From assembly GCF_036588685.1 (NCBI RefSeq), contig NC_086381.1, positions 3,906,001 to 3,970,000 on the forward strand: a DNA stretch of 64,000 nt, in the 5' to 3' direction. Below the pieces are notes generated by a model. It did no database searches, was not told where the DNA came from, and saw only the letters and a list, made by a program, of their open reading frames with translations. Below, in pieces: positions 28,201 through 43,200 of the stretch. Within the stretch, counting starts at the first letter, position 1, and every line of letters starts with the position of its first letter. The stretch comes from Mytilus trossulus (lineage: Eukaryota). The translations under genes and the position numbers were made by a program.

Positions 28201-31200
28201 CCACATTTGATACTGTCTGGATGGTCACATGGTATTTTCAAATTCAGCTGATTAACTTGACGATAATATGTTGTAACATCTATGGCCTTGGCTTCTATAA
28301 CGGCATAGTCATAATTTTTATGTCGTAACTTTGGCCACACGGCTGAAATCACATTCTTGTATGGAGTATAATCTTCATCTGTTTCTGTCCACAATGCGTT
28401 TTGTTTAAGAACAACAGGTTTGCCGATATCAACTGAAATATATCGTTTAGATTTTTAACAATATTATGATGTATTAGAATTGGGTTAATGCCTGACAATC
28501 TTTGCTTACCATTAGAATTTGGAGCCCCTACGGCATCTATAACAATGTTCGGATGTATTAGAATTGGGTTAAATGCCATACAATCTTTACTTACCATTAG
28601 AATCTGGTGCGGGCCGTGCACCTACAGCATCAATAACAATGTTAGGGTATATTAGAATTGGATTGAATGCCTCACAATCTTTACTTACCATTAGAATCAG
28701 CCGCCCCTACAGCATCTATAACAATGTTAGGATGTATTAGAATTGGGTTAAATGCCTTACAATCTTTACTTACAAATAGAATCAGGAGCCCTACACCATC
28801 TATAACAATATTAGGATGTATTAGAATTGGGTTAAATGCCTGACAATCTTTGCCTACCATTAGAATCAGGAGCCCCTACACCATCTATAACAATATTAGG
28901 ATGTATTAGAATTGGGTTAAATGCCTGACAATCTTTGCCTACCATTAGAATCAGGAGCCCCTACACCATCTATAACAATATTAGGATGTATTAGAATTGG
29001 GTTAAATGCCTCACAATCTTTACTTACCATTAGAATCAGGTCCCCCTACAGCATCTATAACAATGTTAGGATGTATTAGAATTGGGTTAAATGCCGTACA
29101 ATCTTTACTTACCGTTAGAATCAGGAGCCCCTACAGCATCTATAACAATGTTAGGATGTATTAGAATTGGGTTAAATGCCTGACAATATTTGCTTACCAT
29201 TAGAATCTGGAGCCCCTACATCATCTATAACAATGTTAGGATGTATTAGAATTAGGTTAAATGCCTGACAATCTTTACTTACAAATAGAATCAGCCGCCC
29301 CTACAGCATCTATAACAATATTAGGATGTATTAGAATTGGGTTAAATGCCTGAAAATCTTTACTTACAAATAGAATCAGGAGCCCCTACACCATCTATAA
29401 CAATATTAGGATGTATTAGAATTGGGTTAAATGCCTAACAATATTTGCTTACCATTAGAATCTGGAGCCCCTACAGCATCTATAACAATGTTAGGATGTA
29501 TTAGAATTGGGTTAAATGCCTGACAATCTTTACTTACCATTAGAATCAGGTGCCCCTACAGCATCTATAACAATGTTAGGATGTATTAGAATTGGGTTAT
29601 ATGCCTGACAATCTTTACTTACCATTAGAATCAGGTCCCCCTACAGCATCTATAACAATATTAGGATATATTTGAATTGGATTAAATGCCTTACAATCTT
29701 TACTTACAAATAGAATCAGGAGCCCCTACACCATCTATAACAATATTAGGATGTATTAGAATTTGGTTAAATGCCTGACAATCTTTGCCTACCATTAGAA
29801 TCAGGAGCCCCTGCGGCATCTATAACAATGTTAGGATGTATTAGAATTGGATTAAATGCCTCACAATCTTTACTTACCATTAGCATCAGGAGCCCCTACA
29901 GCATCTATAACAATGTTAGGATGTATTAGAATTGGATTAAATGCTTCACAATCTTTACTTACCGTTAGCATCAGGAGCCCTTACAGCATCTATAACAATG
30001 TAAGGATGTATAAGAATTGGATTAAATGCCTCACAATCTTTACTTACCATTAGAATCAGGTCCCCCTACAGCATTTATAACAATGTTAGGATGTATTAGA
30101 ATTGGGTTAAATGCCTCACAATCTTTACTTTCCATTACAATCATTACCCCCTACACCATCTATAACAATGTTAGGATGTATTAGAATCGGATGTAATGCC
30201 TGACAATCTTTTACATTAGAATTCGGAGGCCCTACGGCATCTATAACAATGTTAGGATGTATTAGAATTTGATTAAATGCCTGACAATCTTTACTTACCG
30301 TTAGAATCAGGAGCCCCTACAGCGTCTATAACAATGTTAGGATGTATTAGAATTGGATTAAATGCCTGACAATCTTTACTTACCGTTAGAATCAGGAGCC
30401 CCTACAGCATCTATAACAATGTTAGGATGTATTAGAATTAGATTAAATGCCTGACAATCTTTACTTACCGTTAGAATCAGGAGCCCCTACAGCTTCTATA
30501 ACAATGTTAGGATGTATTAGAATTGGATTAAATGCCTGACAATCTTTACTTACCGTTAGAATCAGGAGCCCCTACAGCATCTATAACAATGTTAGGATGT
30601 ATTAGAATTAGATTAAATGCCTGACAATCTTTACTTACCGTTAGAATCAGGAGCCCCTACAGCTTCTATAACAATGTTAGGATGTATTAGAATTGGATTA
30701 AATGCCTGACAATCTTTACTTACCGTTAGAATCAGGAGCCCCTACAGCATCTATAACAATGTTAGGATGTATTAGAATTAGATTAAATGCCTGACAATCT
30801 TTACTTACCGTTAGAATCAGGAGCCCCTACAGCTTCTATAACAATGTTAGGATGTATTAGAATTGGATTAAATGCCTGACAATCTTTACTTACCATTAGC
30901 ACAAGGAGCCCCCATGGCATCTATAACAATGTTAGGATGTATCAGAATTTGATTAAATGCCTGACAATCTTTACTTACCGTTAGAATCAGGAGCCCCTAC
31001 ACCATCTATAACAATGTTAGGATGTATTAGAATCGGATGTAATGCCTGACAATCTTTTACATTAGAATTCGGAGGCCCTACGGCATCTATAACAATGTTA
31101 GGATGTATTAGAATTTGATTAAATGCCTGACAATCTTTACTTACCGTTAGAATCAGGAGCCCCTACAGCTTCTATAACAATGTTAGGATGTATTAGAATT

Positions 31201-34200
31201 GGATTAAATGCCTGACAATCTTTACTTACCGTTAGAATCAGGAGCCCCTACAGCATCTATAACAATGTTAGGATGTATTAGAATTAGATTAAATGCCTGA
31301 CAATCTTTACTTACCGTTAGAATCAGGAGCCCCTACAGCTTCTATAACAATGTTAGGATGTATTAGAATTGGATTAAATGCCTGACAATCTTTACTTACC
31401 GTAAGAATCAGGAGCCCCTACAGCATCTATAACAATGTTAGGATGTATTAGAATTAGATTAAATGCCTGACAATCTTTACTTACCGTTAGAATCAGGAGC
31501 CCCTACAGCTTCTATAACAATGTTAGGATGTATTAGAATTGGATTAAATGCCTAACAATCTTTACTTACCATTAGCACAAGGAGCCCCCATGGCATCTAT
31601 AACAATGTTAGGATGTATCAGAATTTGATTAAATGCCTGACAATCTTTACTTACCGTTAGAATCAGGAGCCCCTACAGCTTCTATAACAATGTTAGGATG
31701 TATTAGAATTGGATTAAATGCCTGACAATCTTTACTTACCGTTAGAATCAGGAGCCCCTACAGCATCTATAACAATGTTAGGATGTATTAGAATTAGATT
31801 AAATGCCTGACAATCTTTACTTACCGTTAGAATCAGGAGCCCCTACAGCATCTATAACAATGTTAGGATGTATTAAAATTGGGTTAAATGCCTGACAATC
31901 TTTACTTACCATTAGAAACAGGTGCCCCTACAGCATCTATAACAATGTAAAGATGTATTTGAATTGGAATAAATGCCTCACAATCTTTACTTATCATTAG
32001 AAACAGGTGCCCCTACAGCATCTATAACAATGTTAGGATGTATTAGAATTGGGTTAAATGCCATACAATCTTTACTTGCCATTAAGACAAGGAGCCCCTA
32101 CAGCATCTATAACAATGTTAGGATGTATTAGAATTGGGTTAAATGCCTGACAATCTTTACTTACCATTAGCACAAGGAGCCCCTACAGCATCTATAACAA
32201 TGTTAGGATGTATTAGAATTGGATTAAATGCCTGACAATCTTTACTTACCGTTAGAATCAGGAGCCCCTACAGCATCTATAACAATGTTAGGATGTATTA
32301 GAATTGGGTTAAATGCCTGACAATCTTTACTTACCATTAGCACAAGGAGCCCCTACAGCATCTATAACAATGTTAGGATGTATTTGAATTGGAATAAATG
32401 CCTCACAATCTTTACTTACCGTTAGAAACAGGTGCCCCTACAGCATCTATAACAATGTTAGGATGTATTTGAATTGGATGTAAAGCCTCTCAATCTTTAC
32501 TTGCCATTAGAATCAGGTGCCCCTACAGCATCTATAACAATGTTAGGATGTATTAGAATTGGGTTAAATGCCTGACAATCTTTACTTACCATTAGCACAA
32601 GGAGCCCCTACAGCATCTATAACAATGTTAGGATGTATTTGAATTGGAATAAATGCCTCACAATCTTTACTTACCGTTAGAAACAGGTGCCCCTACAGCT
32701 TCTATAACAATGTTAGGATGTATTAGAATTGGATTAAATGCCTGACAATCTTTACTTACCGTAAGAATCAGGAGCCCCTACAGCATCTATAACAATGTTA
32801 GGATGTATTAGAATTAGATTAAATGCCTGACAATCTTTACTTACCGTTAGAATCAGGAGCCCCTACAGCATCTATAACAATGTTAGGATGTATTAAAATT
32901 GGGTTAAATGCCTGACAATCTTTACTTACCATTAGAAACAGGTGCCCCTACAGCATCTATAACAATGTTAGGATGTATTTGAATTGGAATAAATGCCTCA
33001 CAATCTTTACTTACCATTAGAAACAGGTGCCCCTACAGCATCTATAACAATGTTAGGATGTATTAGAATTGGGTTAAATGCCATACAATCTTTACTTGCC
33101 ATTAAGACAAGGAGTCCCTACAGCATCTATAACAATGTTAGGATGTATTAGAATTGGGTTAAATGCCTGACAATCTTTACTTACCATTAGCACAAGGAGC
33201 CCCTACAGCATCTATAACAATGTTAGGATGTATTAGAATTGGATTAAATGCCTGACAATCTTTACTTACCGTTAGAATCAGGAGCCCCTACAGCATCTAT
33301 AACAATGTTAGGATGTATTAGAATTGGGTTAAATGCCTGACAATCTTTACTTATCATTAGCACAAGGAGCCCCTACAGCATCTATAACAATGTTAGGATG
33401 TATTTGAATTGGAATAAATGCCTCACAATCTTTAGCTACCGTTAGAAACAGGTGCCCCTACAGCATCTATAACAATGTTAGGATGTATTTGAATTGGATG
33501 TAAAGCCTCACAATCTTTACTTGCCATTAGAATCAGGTGCCCCTACAGCATCTATAACAATGTTAGGATGTATTAGAGTTGGGTTAAATGCCTGACAATC
33601 TTTACTTACCATTAGCACAAGGAGCCCCTACAGCATCTATAACAATGTTAGGATGTATTTGAATTGGAATAAATGCCTCACAATCTTTACTTACCGTTAG
33701 AAACAGGTGCCCCTACAGCATCTATAACAATGTTAGGATGTATTTGAATTGGATGTAAAGCCTCACAATCTTTACTTGCCATTAGAATCAGGTGCCCCTA
33801 CAGCATCTATAACAATGTAAGGATGTATTAGAATTGGGTTAAATGCCTGACAATCTTTACTTACCATTAGAATCAGGAGCCCCTACAGCATCTATAACAA
33901 TGTTCGGATGTATTAAAATTGGGTTAAATGCCTGACAATCTTTACTTATCATTAGAATCAGGTCCCCCTACAGCATCTATAACAATGTTAGAATTATTAG
34001 AATTGGATTTAATGCCTCACATCTTTACTTATCATTAGAATCAAGTGCCCCTACAGCATCTATAACAATGTTAGGATGTATTAAAATTGGGTTAAATGCC
34101 TGACAATCTTTACTTACCATTAGAATCAGGAGCCCCTACAGCATCTATAACAATGTTAGGATGTATTAGAATTGGATGTAATGCCTGACAATCTTTACCT

Positions 34201-37200
34201 ACCATTATAATCTGGAGCCCCTACAGCATCTATATCAATGTTAGGATGTATCAGAATTGGATTAAATGCCTGACAATCTTTACTTACCATAAGAATCAGG
34301 TGGCCCGACGGCATCTATAACAATGTTAGGATGTATTCGAATTGGATTGAATGCCTCACAATCTTTACTTATCATTAGAATCAGGTGCCCCTACAGCATC
34401 TATAACAATATTAGGATGTATTAAAGTTGGGTTAAATGCCTGACAATCTTTACTTACCATTAGAATCAGATACCCCTACAGCATCTATAACAATGTTAGG
34501 ATGTTTTAAAATTGGATTAAATGCCTGACAATCTTTACTTATCATTAGAATCAGGTCCCCCTACAGCATCTATAACAATGTTAGAATTATTAGAATTGGA
34601 TTTAATGCCTCACATCTTTACTTATCATTAGAATCAAGTGCCCCTACAGCATCTATAACAATGTTAGGATGTATTAAAATTGGGTTAAATGCCTGACAAT
34701 CTTTACTTACCATTAGAATCAGGAGCCCCTACAGCATCTATAACAATGTTAGGATGTATTAGAATTGGATGTAATGCCTGACAATCTTTACCTACCATTA
34801 TAATCTGGAGCCCCTACAGCATCTATATCAATGTTAGGATGTATCAGAATTGGATTAAATGCCTGACAATCTTTACTTACCATAAGAATCAGGTGGCCCG
34901 ACGGCATCTATAACAATGTTAGGATGTATTCGAATTGGATTGAATGCCTCACAATCTTTACTTATCATTAGAATCAGGTGCCCCTACAGCATCTATAACA
35001 ATATTAGGATGTATTAAAGTTGGGTTAAATGCCTGACAATCTTTACTTACCATTAGAATCAGATACCCCTACAGCATCTATAACAATGTTAGGATGTTTT
35101 AAAATTGGATTAAATGCCTGACAATCTTTACTTACCATTAGAATCAGGTGCCACTACAGCATCTATAACAATGTTAGGATGTATTAAAATTGGGTTTAAT
35201 GCCTGACAATCTTTGCTTACCATTAGAATCAGGAGCCCCTACGGCATCTATAACAATATTAGGATGTATTAGAATTGGATTAAATGCCTCACAATCTTTA
35301 CTTACCATTAGAATCAGGAGCCCCTACAGCATCTATAACAATATTAGGATATATTTGAATTGGATTAAATGCTTGACAATCTTTAATTTCCGTTGAAACT
35401 GTCGAGTACTGTTTGGCTTTGTTGTAGCCTCTTATAGAAAATCTTTTACATCGGGAGAAATCCATCGTACCATTCAAAACATACTCAAATAAAATCTGAA
35501 ATTATGAAAAAGCAAATAGGATTCCTTTAAGAAAAGATGTTCGTTTAAATATTTCAAAATCTTTTAGTTAACCATGTTTTTCCAGTGGACAGATGAATAT
35601 ATCACTTTTATTAGAAAACTGTATGTGTGGTTGTCTCTCCTAGGGATTGAAAGGTAACATCGGCTGTACATTAGCATTAGAAGTTTATTTTTATGTCCAT
35701 TAATTACTTACAGTTACCTGTAGGTGTCTATTTTTACATGTATTGAGAATCGTTTTTTGACATTTACCCAATTCTTTTTTATCAACAGAGGGCAACCAAT
35801 TATTCAATTGAAAATACAATACCTATGTATAAATCTGACATAATTCACTAAAAACTAAAATTCAATACAAAATGTACCTGATGTCCAATCGCTGTATAAT
35901 TTAATCTGGTCCACACCATGTACGTCTTTCCCTTTACAGAGTTATCTGTGATAACAAACTCATACTTATCAACTGCAGCATATTTTTCTACCAAATCCTC
36001 AATATCTGGGTCATAGAACTGCGCAAAAGACACCATTAGCTGGAAATATTATTGTAAAAAAATGCAGTTAGAATACAAAACGCTTTTGTTGACTTGCTAC
36101 TTTGTGCAATGTGTAAAGTTTGAATGTCTCACTTTTCACAAAACTAAATTCCTGTTTATTAATTACAAAATGAACACTTAACAAGCTCATGTCTATCTAC
36201 AACAGAGAAGAATCGTGATAATATATATCTTTTGAAGTATCCACAGATTGTTGAAGACTCATTTTGAGTACTTTTGTTTATCAATGAGTAACTCTCATCT
36301 GCGTTAATAACGTAATTGAACGCTTGACTCTTTTGACACATTTGGCAAATCCTACTTTTAAATATAACCAGTTTTATTTGCTAACTGAAAATTAAGCGGA
36401 ATAAAATAATTTAAGACAGCAGAGAAGATAATTCTGTTTAATTGGTTATTACTAACCGACTTAAATAAAAGAGTGAGTTATTATTACTGTAAATGTATAA
36501 TGTCTCTAGTCTGGTCAAAGGGTCAGAGTGTCCTACTTAATTAAACGATAAATTGTTGAGATTAGATAACTTGTTTTCACGTGCATAGAAATTTCTTTTA
36601 TGACCAATGCATGACCGGATATCATCTTTCTTATTGGTCAATGGCATTGCGGGTCAGCACGAGTTTACGTGTAAGTGCATTGTGGTCACTTCCTTTTATC
36701 ATCAGCATTGGATGTGTTAACTTGTGATTCTTATCAAACAATTTGTTCAAAATTATATGTGATTTTGCTTTTTATTCTATGGATAATTTTGGACTGGAGT
36801 GATTTCATTTTAGCTATTTCAGGTAAAATCGAACTGTACTTTTATTTTTAAGCTATTCTATGCTTACATTTTGTACAAACGTACAGTTAATTTTTTTTTT
36901 AACCATCCTTTCATTCGGATAAAACTCACTATTTAGATTTTTGCCAAACATGAGCAGTTGGTCAAATTCATTTCTTTGTCAAAGAGATATTGGGTCAATT
37001 TGAGTTTCATGTGGGTGGCGACACTATGCGTTTACGATCAAAATGTAATTATTTATCATTTATCTGATGATTAACCTAATTGTAATTTTACAAGTTACTG
37101 CATCCTGTACAGCATCATAATGTTTGCAGAACGTATATCCGCCTTATTTATTTGTAAGATACATGATTAGTTTAAATTTTACTACAATTAAAAATTGGAT

Positions 37201-40200
37201 TATTGCATAACGATAATAATACCATACATGATAGAATGCAAATTTATACACTTATAATTCATATGATGTTATTAACGGTTTCATACATTTTAAGTACTCT
37301 TATATGATGGAGCAAGACAGTTTAAGTATTAATGCTAAGCTGTTGTGTTACAAACCAATTTGACTTACTTGTTTGGGTAAGGTTTGAGTTATTTCAATTG
37401 GTGCAGCGAGCTTGAATGCTTGTACTTATGACCTCTGTGTATGTGCTTTTTCATTACGTTTTATGCAGAGTTCATTGTTTTATGCTATGTCACGAAACGC
37501 ATGCTACTTTCGTAAATCTCGTCACAGCAGTTTGGTTTGAGCTTATCATAATTTTGCAAGTTAGCCTAATCGCTATAATTGTTAGTATTTTAATTTATGC
37601 AAGTGTACCTTGTTTGCTTTATGCGATCGGTATAAAAAGGATATGTCTCTTACCTTATGTTTATCGCAACCCAATGCTTATTTATTACGAACCAATTTAC
37701 CTGTCTTTGCCTGTTTTGGGTAATGTGAACGATATTTAAATTTTCGCAAAGGGCGTGGTTGCTTGTACTTATGTCCTCTGTGTATTATTTTTCTCAGAGG
37801 TTGTGGTAGCTTGGTCTATGACCTCTGTGTATTTACGTTTGCAAATATTGTAGTATGTAGTGGGTATTGTTTTATGCTTCGTCATGAAACTCATGCTGCT
37901 TCGGTTTTACAGAGGTCGTAGTAGCTTGGTCTATGATCTCTGTATTGTTTTATGCTTCGTCATGAAACTCATGCAACTATTTCAGAGGTCGTAGTAGCTT
38001 GGTCTATGACCTCTGTGTATTTGCTTTTGTAAAGTTAATATGTAGTGGGTTTTGTTTTATGCTTCGTCATGAAACGCATGTTATATTTTTGCAGAGGTCG
38101 TAGTAGCTTGGTCTATGATCTCTGTATTGTTTTAAGCTTCGCCATGAAACTCATGCTAAACTACATTTAATTATTTTTTCGTCATGGTGATTGGTTTGGA
38201 ATAAATTAATTTTGTAATCAATTCTTTAACTTCATACAAAATTACCAGTATTTTGATACATGTAGTCAGATTTACATGTTTGTCAGTTTGTAATACATGT
38301 TTTTATTGTATTATTTTATTTATCTTTACTAGTATAATTCATGTAAATGATATAGTTTGGGTTGCGACGAACGTAATTGATAATTTTTATGCCGATACTT
38401 ATGCACTGTAAGGTCGTTTGCTTTTTTCTATATACTAGATTTGTTAATAAAAATAACATTGGACAAGACATATATAGATATAAACTGTTGATATTTTAAA
38501 GTTCATACTCTTCATTTAATACATGATAAAAACATCTTTTCTGTTTAATTGTTGATTATTATAGAAGAGAAACTTTGATAATTTAATTATCGCATTGTAT
38601 TCCTTAAGATGCGTTATGTTTGTGGTCCTTGGGTAACCCCAGTTTGTTTTTAATGAGAATTTAATTTTTATTCATTATTTTATATTCTTTTTTTGTTTGT
38701 TTATTTCATGCCTTGACTATGGGCGAAGAGCGCTAAGAATGGCATTCATTTCACATAATTTCAATGTATCTTGTTTTGGGTCAGTATAGACTGCTAAAAC
38801 GTTTGTGATCTTTATTTCATACAATGTATGTCTTTATTGCCGCCCTCCTCATGCTTTCTTAACACATTGTTCGAATGTCAATGGGATCATTCGGTAGGCT
38901 CGGTTTAACTTCCTGTATGTATACATGAATAATTCGTAATTCATGTTTTGGTTTTGAATATTGCCGTGCTTATTCATACTAATTATTCAAATTATATAAT
39001 ATAAAACGACTTAATGGTTTATTCCAATGTTGTCTAAATGCTATGATCTTTAGAGATAAATCCATCACAAACCAAAAATTGTATATTTAACTAAACTGGT
39101 TATTAATTAAATTGTTTTCTTTTCTTTTGGTTAAATGTTTATAGTATGTGTCAAAAGTTATAAATATTTACTCGGTTAAAACTTACATCTTTTAACTTTT
39201 ATCGCAATTAAGGTACAAAACATTAAATGAAACATCACTTAAAGCAGGAATATTATATTATTCATTTTACAACTTTATTTACTACTATACAATATAAACC
39301 TTTTAAATGTATTGCATTGGAATAACAGTTTGTCAAAATAAGTTCTGTCGCATGCCAGGAAGGAATGAATTTATTTTATGTTGGGTTAAAGTAAGTTTGG
39401 TGTATTCCTCCTTTTTTATAGTGGTGTTATCGATATAAATTATTACTATTAATATTGAATGGTGATGTTCACCAGTCACTAAATTTCTAAAAAGCTGTAT
39501 ATTAAAAATTGTGACTAAAACTTTTCTATTTACCGTATCATGAGTTACGAAAATTATTTCTATAGTCTCATATCAATTCGGATCACAACAAAAATAACTG
39601 AGAGTTAAAAAAGGTTTACAGTAAATACTTATTTACTATAATTTCAATTTGAAAATGTTACCCCTATGGAATTCACCCCGCCATATTATGTATGTATGTG
39701 CCTTTCCCAAGTTAGGAGCCTGTAGTTCAGTGGTTGTCGTTTGCTTATGTGTTACATTGAAGTTTTTTGTTCATTTATTTTTTGAATCTTTTTATGTAAA
39801 TACGGCCATTAGTTTTTCTTGTTTGAATTGTTTTACATGGTCATTTTGGGGTCTTTAACAGCTGACTATGCAATACAGGCTTTGCTCATTGTTAAAGGCC
39901 GTGCGATGACCTATAGTCGTTAATTTCCGTGTCATTTTGGTCTCTTGTGGTGAACTGTCTCATACCACATCTTCTTTTTTATATTTATACATTTTCGATT
40001 GAAAAATGTCAAGTGTAGTTTGGGAATCCTTTGCTCATGATCCCTTACAGAAATAGTCAGATATAAAACTTCGTATTTAGGAAGGATCCAGGGCTTTGTA
40101 AAAATACACTTTAGTTTTGTTTGAATTTTTAAAATTAAAAATATAGTTTCGGTTAATCAAAGTACTAATTGTCTGTACTTAAATATAAAAAGGATTCTAT

Positions 40201-43200
40201 ATTTAAATATCTGGATGTAAGAAGAAATATGAATTCTGAATCATACTTACATTGTGACTGCGATTCTATTGTAATTTAATTGCTGTGATCCTGGTCGGAA
40301 TAAGATTTACACCTTTAATCATTTTTACCAGTAAGAGATAATTTTAAAGTAATATCTTGGTATATGAAAATAGGAACTTTTAATATTTCTGCTAAATGTG
40401 GAAACGTTTTACATAATTACGTGATATGTGTTTGGTGTACATGTATGTGAATGTATTTTTTTTTTCAAGTCATATATAATTGTATTCACGTCGCCAGAGT
40501 CCTCGGGTGGGGGGTCCACTCTTTTAGCCTTAGAGTGGATTTCACATCCACTCTTTCAGCCAAAGAGTGGATTTGTGGCAGGTTTTTCTCCCCACCTTTG
40601 CTATTCTTAGTCATTTATTCAATTGACATGATATTAGTTGATGTAATTTCGTAGTAATTATGTATTATTATTTCATATTAAATATGAACTTTTATGTCAA
40701 ATGTTTTATTTGCAAAATGTATTTTTTGCATTTTATGATTTTGAATAAATGACCTTTTTTCGTCAGTTTAGTTTTTATATCATATAGCAAATCAAGCTCA
40801 GACTCTGTCTCGTGTATACATAGTATGTTTATGGTATCTAGCTGTCTGTCTTAAAACCAGTTTTATTTGCTAATTGAAAATTAAGCGGAATAAAATAATT
40901 TAAGACAGCAGAGAAGATAATTCTGTTTAATTGGTTATTACTAACCGACTTAAATAAAACAGTGAGCTATTATTACTGTAAATGTATAATATCTCTAGTC
41001 TGGTCAAAGGGTCAGAGTGTCCTACTTAATTAAACGATAAATTGTTGAGATTAGATAACTTGTTTTCACGTGCATAAAAATTTCTTTTATGACCAATGCA
41101 TGACCGGATATCATCTTTCTTATTGGTCAATGGCATTGCGGGTCAGCACGAGTTCACGTGTAAGTGCATTGTGGTCACTTCCTTTTATCATCAGCATTTG
41201 ATGTGTTAACTTGTGATTCTTATCAAACAATTTGTTCAAAATTCCCACCCACATACCGCCCTTTATATTATCACTTGAAGTAGATATGTATATATGTTTA
41301 TTTATGGGGCAGGTTTTTCTCCCCACCTTTGCTATTCTTAGTCATTTATTCAATTGACATGATATTAGTTGATGTAATTTCGTAGTAATTATGTATTATT
41401 ATTTCATATTAAATATGAACTTTTATGTCAAATGTTTTATTTGCAAAATGTATTTTTTGCATTTTATGATTTTGAATAAATGACCTTTTTTCGTCAGTTT
41501 AGTTTTTATATCATATAGCAAATCAAGCTCAGACTCTGTCTTGTGTATACGTTGTATGGTTATGGTATCTAGCTGTCTGTCTTAAATAGTATCACTGTTC
41601 AACATGCTATTCAAGTCATTAATAAAGTCAACTGTAGTATTCCGCTATTCAAAAGTCAGAAACCGATTGAAGGAAAACAAATCCGGGTAACCGAGGGAAA
41701 CAAATCAACTATAAGAGAAACAACATAATAAAAATGAGAATAGAAATTGGGAATATGTCAATGAGACAACAACCCGACCAAACAGCAGACAACAGCCAAT
41801 GCCACCAATGGGTCTTCAACGCAGCGAGACAATCCCGCAACCAGAGGTGGTCCTCAGCTGACCCCTAAATAATGTAATTGTTCAGTTAAATGAACGTCAC
41901 ACTAAGCCCCAAAAAATAAAACTAAACTAAAATTAAAAACATACAAGACTAACAAAGGCACTTGCTTCTGAAACACATAGCAATACACACAGTAAAACTC
42001 AGTTTTAAAGAAATCCGAGTCCGATGTCAGAATAGGTAACAAAAGAAACTAAGCAAAACGACAATGATACATGAATAAATAAAGGACTACTAGCAGTTAC
42101 TGACACGCCAGCTCCAGATCTCAATGAAGCTGATTAAAAGATTATATCTTCATCATATAAAAATCAAGTACAATACCTCTGGTTAGGGGTTTAGTATCAT
42201 ACCGTCAAAAAATGAATGAGTAGAACATGATAACTCGTACCATGCCAATAACTGGTTTTAGAATAAATGTGTTTATTTCCGATGCAAAGACACTATTAGT
42301 AAATTAATATTCATACCAAAATATGCAGTCCTTAATGACTTGACAACAGAAACCCCGAAGTGCAACACAAACAAACGTCAACATACATAGAAACGAACTA
42401 TTTGATAAAAACTGCCATATTCCATACTTAAGCTTGTTACAGAACATTTGAAACAAAAATGGGTGTGTTAAACCTTGTTTTATGGCTAGCCAAACCTCCC
42501 GCTTATATGACAATACTACGTGACAGAAATACAAACAAACGCAAGAATACTTATCACAGAAAAACGCAAAACTAAATAAAATAAAAGTCAATACCAAATG
42601 TTAACCGCAGAATAAAAAAACCCATCTTCCATTGACAACGGCCGACAGCACAGGACAGCACAAACAGTGAATACTATATACTTACTTTCTCCGCCCCACC
42701 AGTGACTGTGGTGTTTTGATGCATCACAGTTATGTCCCCTGTAACTGGGACATTAGCCATCGCCATGACACCATCGGTACTGATGGGTAAAAAACAGATG
42801 TTTTTGGTACAAAGTTTCAATACAATCCGATACTTGATACCTGGGTTCAAGGTCAGATCATCTATACTAATGTCAAAGGCTGTTGACACATGAAGGAAAT
42901 CACGGAAAATACTCCATTGGTCTGAAAGAAATTTAATTTGAATTTAAAAAAAAGGTATTTATTAGGTAGAACTTAAAATAAATGTGTGTAACTATTTCAT
43001 GCCATTCTATAAGACTTTGCTCTGGATTATAAGATTTAAGTATCCCTAACAAGCAAAACAGCAACAGTAACATAATTCTTTAATCATGAAATCTTACTTG
43101 GCTGCTCACAGCATTAAAATTATAACTTATCACTCTGTTCTGATGTTTTACATTTCAACACATATAACAAATACAGTCATCCGTCAAGAACTTATTCCCT

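Noticed and set aside
11274-35385. CRISPR-like appearance of the 58- and 85-bp arrays
   Set aside because: Head-to-tail units with no unique spacers, no cas genes, and a spliceosomal gene context
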